Made by a program: the position numbers and the translations under genes. Shown in pieces: positions 1-8,149 of a stretch of DNA of 64,000 nucleotides (within the stretch, counting starts at the first letter, position 1; each line of letters opens with the position of its first letter). Source of the stretch: Salinispira sp. (GTDB lineage Bacteria; Spirochaetota; Spirochaetia; DSM-27196; Salinispiraceae); NCBI GenBank assembly GCA_965602015.1, contig OZ271918.1, positions 736,001 through 800,000 of the forward strand. Direction: 5' to 3'. The notes under the pieces are model-generated. The model had not been told where the DNA came from. It saw only the letters and a program-made list of their open reading frames with translations, and searched no databases.

Positions 1-193
1 TTTCTCGCTGCCTTGCATACATGGACGAGTTGGCGACTTTGAGCACCTTTGAGGCCAGACCCGGATCGAGCTTGATAACTTCCTCCAGGTCCCGGAAATC
101 GATTTCCTTGCTGTCTCCGGCCATGTTGATAACCCTGGCGGCAATATCGGGCATAATCGGCAGATTTTTCAGGTATGCGCTGTAATCCGTCAC
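1..193 (-). CDS. HDOD domain-containing protein (partial; 3' end runs off the window)
   Basis: Manual translation from GTG at 193 (RBS GGAGG upstream): MTDYSAYLKNLPIMPDIAARVINM...LEEVIKLDPGLASKVLKVANSSMY, matching the HDOD LPxxP...DPxLxxxxLxxANS pattern. Not in the ORF track. Confidence 0.85.
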   Translation of the reverse strand, partial: MTDYSAYLKNLPIMPDIAARVINMAGDSKEIDFRDLEEVIKLDPGLASKVLKVANSSMYARQRE

Positions 194-210
194 TGGTCCT
201 CCCCATCGGA

Positions 211-1161
211 TTATCGGCCGATAGTACCCTTCGGTTGATCCCAATCCGGGGAATCCCTGAGTATGTAGCCCATGGTTTGATAGATCAGCTGGGCCGTCAG
301 AAAATCCGGGGCGTGCAGACCGGGAATTGGAGCCAACTCCACGAAGTCTCCGGCGATAATTTTTCTCTGGCTCGCCACCGAACGAAGGAGAGAAAGGGTT
401 TGGTACCACAGGAGGCCGCCGGGAACCGGTGTTCCGGTTGCCGGCATGACCGAAGGGTCCAGACCATCGACGTCAAAGCTGAGATAGACATAGGGGGGGA
501 AATCATCGGGAAATTCGATGTGGGTGATGCCGCCGGTGACCAGCTCTGCTCCATCATAATAGTGTATATGACTGCAGGAATCGCGAAATTCCGCCTCTTC
601 CCGGCACAGGGCCCGGACGCCGAGCTGAAGCAGGGGGATACCGTCGTCGGCGCATCGGCGCATCACCGAGGCATGGGACCATTGCCTGCCCTCGTACGCC
701 AGGCGCAGATCCGCGTGGGCATCGAACTGGACGACTCCGAGATTTTCCCCCAGGCGTTGTCTGAGCGCGCTGATCGGTCCGTAGCTGATGCTGTGCTCCC
801 CTCCAAGGAACATGGGGACCGCCCCGGCTTCGAGGCTTGAGGCGGTCAGGGCGGCCGCGTCATCAAAAATCGACGCCACCTCCCGGTCTGTCGGGTTCTG
901 CGGGTCGGCGAAGCGCCCGGAGGAGCAGTCCGGTCCCGCGGCGGTAAAAATTCCCGCTTCGCCAGGGCTGGAAACCCCATCGTAGAGCTCAAGCTGCTGG
1001 CTCGCTTCGAGGACGGCCTCAGGACCTGCCGAGGTTCCCCCGGCATATGAAACAGAAGCTTCGAAGGGAAAGGGAATGATGTGAAAAGCCGAGTCAGTGG
1101 CGGAGGGGCGTTGTATTTCACTTTCGAGGAAAAACTCGCCGGGATACTCTTGAAGCTTCAT
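211..1161 (-). CDS. speB: Agmatinase (ureohydrolase family)
   Basis: GGEHS, DAHADLR and SFDVDGLDPSVMPATGTPVPGG metal-binding motifs; lies in an operon with speA and nspC. Confidence 0.93.
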   Translation of the reverse strand: MKLQEYPGEFFLESEIQRPSATDSAFHIIPFPFEASVSYAGGTSAGPEAVLEASQQLELYDGVSSPGEAGIFTAAGPDCSSGRFADPQNPTDREVASIFDDAAALTASSLEAGAVPMFLGGEHSISYGPISALRQRLGENLGVVQFDAHADLRLAYEGRQWSHASVMRRCADDGIPLLQLGVRALCREEAEFRDSCSHIHYYDGAELVTGGITHIEFPDDFPPYVYLSFDVDGLDPSVMPATGTPVPGGLLWYQTLSLLRSVASQRKIIAGDFVELAPIPGLHAPDFLTAQLIYQTMGYILRDSPDWDQPKGTIGR

Positions 1162-1169
1162 GTATGCTC

Positions 1170-2375
1170 CTATGACAGACGGTTTCGGAAATCCTCGTAG
1201 CCGAATTCCCTGATAACCTGATATTCTCCCGTTCGGCTGTCATACGTGCAGATCGACGGCAGATTGATTCCGTTGAAGGTTGTGGTCTTCACCATGGTGT
1301 AGTGAGCCATATCGTCGAACACCAGCCTGTCGCCGACCTGAAGTTTCTCTTCAAAGCTGTAATCGCCGATGACGTCGCCGGCGAGGCAGGTCTGTCCGCC
1401 GAGGCGGTACAGGTGGGGATGGGCTCCGGGTTCTCCGGCTCCCCATATTTCCGGACGGTAGGGCATTTCCAGCACGTCGGGCATGTGGCAGGTGGCCGAG
1501 CTGTCCAGAATCGCCAGGTTCATGCCGTTTACCGGAAGATCAAGCACGCTTGTCACCAGGACTCCGGTGTGAATCGCAACGGCTTCGCCGGGTTCAAGGT
1601 AGATCTTCGCTCGGTATTCACTGCGAAGATCGTGTATCAACTGAATCAGGAGCTCACGGTTGTAGTCGTCTTTGGTTATGTGATGTCCGCCGCCCAGGTT
1701 CAGCCAGCTCATGTCTTTCATCCAGGGGCCGAACTGTTTTTTTACCGCCTCAAGGGTCCGCTCCAGGGGCTCGGCTCCCTGCTCGCAGAGGGTGTGAAAA
1801 TGCAGCCCGCTGATGCCCTCCAGCAGTTCGGGCTTGAACTGATCAAGGGGCACTCCCATGCGCGAGTACGGCGCGCAGGGGTCATAGAGGGCGACGGCCC
1901 CTTCGCTGTGACGGGGGTTGATCCGCATACCGAAGCGCAGTTCGCCGGGACGCCTTGCAGCGGCCGCCAAAGCGGCGTCCCGATGGAACTCCCACTGTGA
2001 AAAGCTGTTGAATACGATGTGATTGGCGAACTGCAGGAGCTCGGCCATTTCTTCCCGCTTGAAGGCCGGGGCGTACACATGCACCTCCCCGCCGAACTCC
2101 TCGCGGCCCAGCCGGGCCTCATGGAGGGAGCTCGCCGTGGTTCCCGCCAGGGCGCCGGAAATCTGATCCGCCAGGGCGAACATGGAAAATCCCTTGAGGG
2201 CTAAAATAATTGAAGCCCCGGAACGCTCCATCACCTCGGTGAGGATATCGAGGTTGTGCTGGACCGCGGCCCGGTCCACCACATAGGCCGGTGACGGGAG
2301 TTTTGCGGGATCAAAACCCTCAAACGCCCCGCGTTTCTGGGTAAGGGTACGTTCGACCGGGGTCCATGAACTCAT
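1170..2375 (-). CDS. nspC: Carboxynorspermidine/carboxyspermidine decarboxylase
   Basis: ALKGF PLP-lysine, HFHTLCEQ, LGGGHH, CHMPDVLEMPY, TCLAGD and HYTMVKTTTFNG motifs. Confidence 0.95.
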   Translation of the reverse strand: MSSWTPVERTLTQKRGAFEGFDPAKLPSPAYVVDRAAVQHNLDILTEVMERSGASIILALKGFSMFALADQISGALAGTTASSLHEARLGREEFGGEVHVYAPAFKREEMAELLQFANHIVFNSFSQWEFHRDAALAAAARRPGELRFGMRINPRHSEGAVALYDPCAPYSRMGVPLDQFKPELLEGISGLHFHTLCEQGAEPLERTLEAVKKQFGPWMKDMSWLNLGGGHHITKDDYNRELLIQLIHDLRSEYRAKIYLEPGEAVAIHTGVLVTSVLDLPVNGMNLAILDSSATCHMPDVLEMPYRPEIWGAGEPGAHPHLYRLGGQTCLAGDVIGDYSFEEKLQVGDRLVFDDMAHYTMVKTTTFNGINLPSICTYDSRTGEYQVIREFGYEDFRNRLS

Positions 2376-3562
2376 TCGCGCACCTTCCAGGGCAGACCCT
2401 GGACATTGAGTTCAGCCATAAATGGATCGGGATCGAACTGCTCCATGTTCCACACTCCGGGCTTTTTCCACGCGCCGGTGAGCATCATTTTTGCGCCGAT
2501 CATTGCCGGTACGCCTGTTGTGTAGCTTACGGCCTGGCTACGCACTTCCCGATACGCATCCTGGTGATCGCAAATGTTGTAGATGTAGATTTCCCGGTCA
2601 GCGCCTTCCTTGCTGCCCTTGATGATGTTTCCGATGCAGGTCTTACCCGTGGTGTCGGGTCCCAGACTGGCGGGTTCGGGCAGCACGGCTTTGAGGAATT
2701 GGAGGGGCACGATGTTTACTCCCTGATACTCCACCTCATCGATACGGGTCATACCCACATTCTGCAGGACTTCCAGATGTTTGAGATAGTTGTCGGAGAA
2801 GCTCATCCAGAACTGGGCCTTTTTCAAGCTTGGAAAGTTTTTCGTGAGGGATTCAAGTTCTTCGTGATACATGCGGTAAATATTGTAGGTTCCCACATCT
2901 TCCGGACAGTGGTATTCCCGGCTCATGGACATGGCGGGGGTTTCCACGGCGACGCCGTTTTCGTAGTGGCGGCAGGGCGCGGTCACCTCCCGGATATTGA
3001 TTTCAGGGTTGAAATTCGTGGCGAAAGCCTTGCCGTGGTCTCCGCCGTTTACGTCGATGATGTCGAGTTGGCTGATTTCATCGAAGTAGTGTTTCGCGCC
3101 GTAGGCGGTGAATACATTTGTAACCCCAGGGTCGAAGCCGCTGCCCAGAAGGGCCATGATGCCCTTTTTTTCAAAGCGCTCGGCGTATTCCCATTGCCAG
3201 CTGTACTCGAACTTTGCCGTATCCTTGGGTTCGTAGTTGGCGGTATCGAGGTAGTCGATGCCCGTTGCCAGGCAGGCGTCCATGATGGGCAGGTCCTGAT
3301 AGGGCAGGGCGACGTTGAGCACCAGATCGGGCTGCACCCGGTCGATAAGGGTCGTCATTTCCGCCACATTGTCGGCGTCCACCGCCGCAGTGTGTACCTC
3401 TCTTCCGTGCATTTGAGAAACCTGCGCGGCAATGCTGTCGCATTTTGCCTTGGTTCTGCTGGCCAGGGTAATTGTGCCGAATACGTCGCTGTTCATCGCG
3501 CATTTGTGAGTCACTACCGAGCCGACCCCGCCGGCGCCGATTATCAGTACATGTTTTCCCAT
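2372..3562 (-). CDS. Carboxy(nor)spermidine dehydrogenase (saccharopine dehydrogenase family)
   Basis: GAGGVG Rossmann motif, NVALPYQDL, YLDTANYEP, GFDPGVT, ATNFNPEINIRE; 4-bp overlap with nspC. Confidence 0.93.
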   Translation of the reverse strand: MGKHVLIIGAGGVGSVVTHKCAMNSDVFGTITLASRTKAKCDSIAAQVSQMHGREVHTAAVDADNVAEMTTLIDRVQPDLVLNVALPYQDLPIMDACLATGIDYLDTANYEPKDTAKFEYSWQWEYAERFEKKGIMALLGSGFDPGVTNVFTAYGAKHYFDEISQLDIIDVNGGDHGKAFATNFNPEINIREVTAPCRHYENGVAVETPAMSMSREYHCPEDVGTYNIYRMYHEELESLTKNFPSLKKAQFWMSFSDNYLKHLEVLQNVGMTRIDEVEYQGVNIVPLQFLKAVLPEPASLGPDTTGKTCIGNIIKGSKEGADREIYIYNICDHQDAYREVRSQAVSYTTGVPAMIGAKMMLTGAWKKPGVWNMEQFDPDPFMAELNVQGLPWKVRE

Positions 3563-3644
3563 TCTATCCTCCCCATGGTCCGGGCCCGCCGCGGGGACTC
3601 GGCTTTCCGTCGCTCCCCTTCCGATGGTGCCCGCTGTTGTCGTT

Positions 3645-5561
3645 CTATCGTTCGAAGTAGGTGTATCCCCGCATGCTGGCGTCGTAGGCGTCGACGATGA
3701 GTTTTCGCTCCTGTACGCTTATGGCGCCCCGGCGCACCGCTTCCTCGGCCTTGTCCCTGAACCGGGTAAACACTTCTTTCGCGTCGTATTCCACATAGCT
3801 CAGCACGTCTGCCACGCTGTCGCCCATGATTTCCTTGACGATGTCATGGCTCCCGTCCTCATTGATGCGCACGGACACCACGTGGGTATCGCCCAGGAGG
3901 TTGTGGAGGTCCCCAAGGGTTTCCTGATATGCGCCCACCAGGAAAATCCCTAGGTAATATTCGTCCCCGTCCACCATTTCGTGGAGGCTCAGGGTGCTGT
4001 GCACATCGTGAATGTCGGCGAACTTGTCAATTTTGCCGTCAGAGTCGCAGGTAATGTCCCCCAAAATGCCCTTTCTGGTGGGCTTTTCGCCGTGCCGGTG
4101 CACCGGAATGATGGGGAATATCTGATCGATGGCCCAGGCGTCCGGGAGGCTTTGAAACACGCTGAAGTTGCAGTAATAGATGTCGTACAGCGCTTCTTTC
4201 AAGCCCTCGAGCTCCTTGGGAATCCGCTTGACCTTGTCCACATTTCCGGCAATGTCCTCTATGAGGGTGCGGAATATGTTTTCCCCCAGAGCCCGCTGCC
4301 GCAGGCTCACTTGTCCGATCTTGAATCGGTCACGCAGCTGATCCCGGTAGTACACCCCGTCGTTAAAGCATTCCTGCATGTTCTTGATGGTCATGTAGGA
4401 GCGGATCTCCCAGAGATTGCGGAGCATGTCGTCGCTGTCTTCCGGCAGGGCTTCGGGTAGGGGTCTCGGCTCGTTCTTGGTTACATCAAGTACATTGAAC
4501 AGCAGCACTGAGGAGTAGGCAACCGTAGCCCGGCCCGATTCGGTGAGGATTGTCGGATGGCTCACCTCCTGTTCGTCCAGAACTTCCATGAGTGCTTCTA
4601 TGATGTCTGTACAGTATTCCTGCAGGCTGTAATTTTTTGAGTGTACGAAATTTGTGCGGCTTCCGTCGTAATCCACCGCCAGCCCGCCTCCCAGGTCGAG
4701 ATTACCCATGGGTGCTCCTTCCTTCACCAGTTCGGTGTAGAAACGTGCGGTTTCCTGGACTGCGGTTCTGATATCCCGGATGTTGGGTATCTGGCTTCCC
4801 AGGTGGTAGTGGAGCAGTCTTAAGCAGTCGAGCATGGCTTCGTCCCGTAATCGGTCGATAATATCGACGATTTCCGCGGTGGTCAGCCCGAAAAGGCTGT
4901 TGTCCCCGCCGCTGTCCTGCCAGTGACCGCCAGCCCGGCTGGAGAGTTTGAGACGCACCCCGATGAGGGGCTTTATGTCCAGTTTTTTGCTTCGTTCCAG
5001 GAGTATGGGCAGCTCGCTCGGGGTTTCGATGACAAAAAAGCAGCGGTACCCCATCCGGGTGGCGTACAAGCCCAGGTCGAAAAACTCCGAGTCCTTGTAC
5101 CCGTTGCAGATAATATACCCCTCACGGGTCGAGATCATCGACAGGGCGACCATCAGCTCAGCCTTGCTGCCTGCTTCCAGGCCATGGGAGAATCGCTCGC
5201 CGAAGCGGGAGATTTCCTCGATTACCTGTTGCTGCTGATTAACCTTGATGGGAAACACTCCCCGGTACTGCCCGTTGTATCCGTTGTGCTTGATGGCCTT
5301 TGCGAAACTGTTGTTCAGAAGGCTGATTTGAGCATCCAGAAGGTTCTCAATTCTCAGAAGAACCGGCATATGGGTTCCCCGTTCGTTTAATCCGGTGATG
5401 ATGTCCAAAAGGCTGACGTCGGTGCTCTTGCCCGCACCGGGCACCCGAACGACCACCTCGCCGGATTCATTTATATCAAAATACCCGGCTCCCCATTCTT
5501 TTATGCCGTAAAGCTTTGCGGAGTCGTCGGGGTTCCATTTTTGCAATACATCGTTCTTCAT
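3645..5561 (-). CDS. speA: Biosynthetic arginine decarboxylase
   Basis: FPIKVNQ, GLEAGSKAE, HYHLGSQI, GGGLAVDYDG, TCDSDGKID and GAYQE motifs; ATG at 5561 chosen as the start. Confidence 0.96.
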   Translation of the reverse strand: MKNDVLQKWNPDDSAKLYGIKEWGAGYFDINESGEVVVRVPGAGKSTDVSLLDIITGLNERGTHMPVLLRIENLLDAQISLLNNSFAKAIKHNGYNGQYRGVFPIKVNQQQQVIEEISRFGERFSHGLEAGSKAELMVALSMISTREGYIICNGYKDSEFFDLGLYATRMGYRCFFVIETPSELPILLERSKKLDIKPLIGVRLKLSSRAGGHWQDSGGDNSLFGLTTAEIVDIIDRLRDEAMLDCLRLLHYHLGSQIPNIRDIRTAVQETARFYTELVKEGAPMGNLDLGGGLAVDYDGSRTNFVHSKNYSLQEYCTDIIEALMEVLDEQEVSHPTILTESGRATVAYSSVLLFNVLDVTKNEPRPLPEALPEDSDDMLRNLWEIRSYMTIKNMQECFNDGVYYRDQLRDRFKIGQVSLRQRALGENIFRTLIEDIAGNVDKVKRIPKELEGLKEALYDIYYCNFSVFQSLPDAWAIDQIFPIIPVHRHGEKPTRKGILGDITCDSDGKIDKFADIHDVHSTLSLHEMVDGDEYYLGIFLVGAYQETLGDLHNLLGDTHVVSVRINEDGSHDIVKEIMGDSVADVLSYVEYDAKEVFTRFRDKAEEAVRRGAISVQERKLIVDAYDASMRGYTYFER

Positions 5562-5679
5562 TTTTTTCCTGCCTGGCAATTAATGTGTTCATCTGTATAC
5601 GTGAAAACCGTGCTTTGTACAATGATGTCCCCGATGCCCCGGGCCGAAACCGGGCAACAGATGGATACGCCGCGCGGTA

Positions 5680-6420
5680 CTAAAAATCGTCGATCTCGGT
5701 TTGAAGGGTCTTCCGGATAAATTGGTAAATTTTGCCCTTGGTTTCCCTGCTGATGTCTGTGAACAGGATCACGTAGATCTCTTCTCCGGTATCCTGGCTT
5801 CGGCGTCCCATCACTTTTCCGCCGGCGTGAAGAATAGCTCCCCGCAGGGATACCTGCATATCGATAAATTCCGTGCCGGTTTCCGCGAAACGGTCCAGGG
5901 TGCATGCGAAGCCCGCCGAACTCACATCGAGCAGGGTTCCCCTGATTGAACCGGTGACGTCCTTGATATTTATGCTGGTTTTGCCCACCGGGCACTTCAC
6001 CCTGACGTATTTCCGGTCTCCCTTCGCCTCATTGGCCATGAGGGCCTTCATGACGATTTTTGTGCTGTCCATGAGGCCGAGCTTCAGCTGGATAAAACCG
6101 CATTGGACGCCGATGTCTATCAGGTATTTTTGAGCAAGGGCTGAGTCGCTGTTATAAACCATAATGCCCACTGCAGTGCGGTGTTTCGAGAAGCCCTGAA
6201 TGATGTTGCGAACCATCACCTCCCACTCGTCCTCCTTGAGATGGTCCTCGATATTAATAAACAGGATTGAATCGGTAAAATTGTGAATGAGCTGCATGGC
6301 CTTTTGGTGATCATTGAGGGTAGCCACTTCAAACTCGGACTGAATGAGCAGATCGATCATCTGACCGGAAACCACCGAATGGGGGTAGAGAAACAGCACC
6401 TTCTTTGCAACGCTTCGCAT
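5680..6420 (-). CDS. PilZ domain protein with an N-terminal receiver-like alpha/beta domain
   Basis: C-terminal RKYVR (RxxxR) and DVSSAG (DxSxxG) c-di-GMP-binding motifs. Confidence 0.8.
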   Translation of the reverse strand: MRSVAKKVLFLYPHSVVSGQMIDLLIQSEFEVATLNDHQKAMQLIHNFTDSILFINIEDHLKEDEWEVMVRNIIQGFSKHRTAVGIMVYNSDSALAQKYLIDIGVQCGFIQLKLGLMDSTKIVMKALMANEAKGDRKYVRVKCPVGKTSINIKDVTGSIRGTLLDVSSAGFACTLDRFAETGTEFIDMQVSLRGAILHAGGKVMGRRSQDTGEEIYVILFTDISRETKGKIYQFIRKTLQTEIDDF

Positions 6421-6569
6421 AGCCCCAGTATAAGAGAGCGGAAGGTCCTTTGCACGGCAAACATCGCATCCCCGCCGCTAAACCGCGGAAAAATAATTTG
6501 TAAATTCCTGCTCTGTATTACTTTATTTCTGCCCTCCACTCCACTAAGGTATATAACGGAGGTTCCGCC

Positions 6570-8138
6570 GTGCAGCATAATCTGATCATTGACGAACTGG
6601 TTCGCACCACAAACGTGCTCAGCCAGGATATGAGCCGACGCTCGGTGAGCCGTTCGCTGGTCGAGCAGGCGCTGGATGTCACCCGGGCCGACCTGGCCGC
6701 CCTCTATGTTATCAACCCCCGGGATGAGGACGATGACGTGCTTCCCCTTCTGCACAAGCGGGGACGCTATCCCGTGCCGTCCGAGCTTGAAAAGGAGAGG
6801 GAGTCCATTGAGTTCATCCTGGATTGCGGAAACTCTCTCGTCGTAAATCAGCCGGATGCGGAGTTTTTTGCCGACGTCTATCTGCATCCCGACATGAAAT
6901 CCGCCATGGTGGTGCCCCTGCTCAACCAAAAGGTCCTTTTGGGGGTGCTGTATATAAATGCCCGGGAAGAGAATCATTTCGGGGCGAGCCGGCTTTCCTT
7001 CATCGATTCGTTCAGCCGGATGGCGAGCGGGCTGTTGAGAAATATCGATCTCTTCCAGGAGGTCAAGGATCAGCTCAAGAAGATCGAGAGTCTTCACCGT
7101 TACCAGACCAGCGTTTTCAATTCCATGACCAATTTGCTGGTAACCCTGGATGAAAACGGAAACATCCGGTATTTCAATCCCACTGCGGCCGAACGATTCG
7201 GCCTTGCCGAGGATGACGTGGACAAACCGGCGGATGAGCTGTTTATCAAGGGCCTGGGGAAAAAGGCCGCGAATCACATCGTAAAGGTTCGGGAAACCGG
7301 AAAGATCATCATGGGGCTCGAGGGGATTTATCAGGCTTCGGAAGGCGAAATGGATTACTCCCTCAATATCGCTCCCATTCTCACCACCCGGGGCAAAAAC
7401 GAAGGCCTGACCCTTTTGTTTTCCGATCAGACCAGGGAGCGGGAGCTCAAAAGCCAGATGGAATCCGCCGTGGAAGACCGCAGGATAGTCAAGGATATGT
7501 TCAGTCGTTACCTCTCCAGCGACATTGTTCATCAGTTGATGGAAAATCCGGAATTTGCCAGCCTCGGCGGCGCAAAGAAGGACGCGACGATTTTCTTCGC
7601 GGATATTTGCGGCTACACATCCTTCAGCGAGGGCAAGGAACCGGAGTACATCGTCGAGGTGCTCAACGAGTTTTTCTCTGTGGCGTTGGAAGTGGTGATC
7701 AAGTACCAGGGCTACATCGACAAGCTCATCGGTGACTGCATCATGGCGGCCTTCGGCGTTCCGGTGCCCAACGGACTTTCCGATGCGGTCAATGCGGTTA
7801 CCTGCGCCGTTGAAATGCAGGCGATGGTTAAGGACAAGCAGCGGCAATTTTTTCAGGGCGAAGCCAAGCACCTGAAGGTGAGCATCGGTATGAACACCGG
7901 ACCGGTGGTTGTTGGTAACCTGGGCAGCAGCCGTCGAATGGACTACTCGGTCATCAGCGATACGGTGAACACCGCCGCCCGCCTGGAAGGCGTGGCCGGA
8001 GCAAACGATATAATCATCTCAGCGGCGACACGAGACGCCGTGGGGGACCGTTTTAAAATTAAGGAACTGCCACCGGTTAAGGTAAAAGGCAAGGTCAAAC
8101 CGGTGCCGATATTCAACGTCCTCGGCATTCGCAATTAA
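6570..8138 (+). CDS. GAF-PAS class III adenylate cyclase
   Basis: FFADICGYTSF, DKLIGDCIMA and MDYSVISDTVNTAARLE motifs (K/D pair indicates ATP specificity); N-terminal GAF (SAMVVPL...GVLYI) and PAS (LDENGNIRYFNPTA). Confidence 0.92.
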   Translation: MQHNLIIDELVRTTNVLSQDMSRRSVSRSLVEQALDVTRADLAALYVINPRDEDDDVLPLLHKRGRYPVPSELEKERESIEFILDCGNSLVVNQPDAEFFADVYLHPDMKSAMVVPLLNQKVLLGVLYINAREENHFGASRLSFIDSFSRMASGLLRNIDLFQEVKDQLKKIESLHRYQTSVFNSMTNLLVTLDENGNIRYFNPTAAERFGLAEDDVDKPADELFIKGLGKKAANHIVKVRETGKIIMGLEGIYQASEGEMDYSLNIAPILTTRGKNEGLTLLFSDQTRERELKSQMESAVEDRRIVKDMFSRYLSSDIVHQLMENPEFASLGGAKKDATIFFADICGYTSFSEGKEPEYIVEVLNEFFSVALEVVIKYQGYIDKLIGDCIMAAFGVPVPNGLSDAVNAVTCAVEMQAMVKDKQRQFFQGEAKHLKVSIGMNTGPVVVGNLGSSRRMDYSVISDTVNTAARLEGVAGANDIIISAATRDAVGDRFKIKELPPVKVKGKVKPVPIFNVLGIRN

Positions 8139-8149
8139 AGGGAGAAACT

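Noticed and set aside
6357..7871. 504-aa minus-strand ORF, plus similar long antisense ORFs (2366-3700, 11226-12566, 25532-26569, 36927-37988)
   Set aside because: Shadow ORFs fully antisense to well-supported genes; expected in GC-rich DNA and lacking recognisable motifs.
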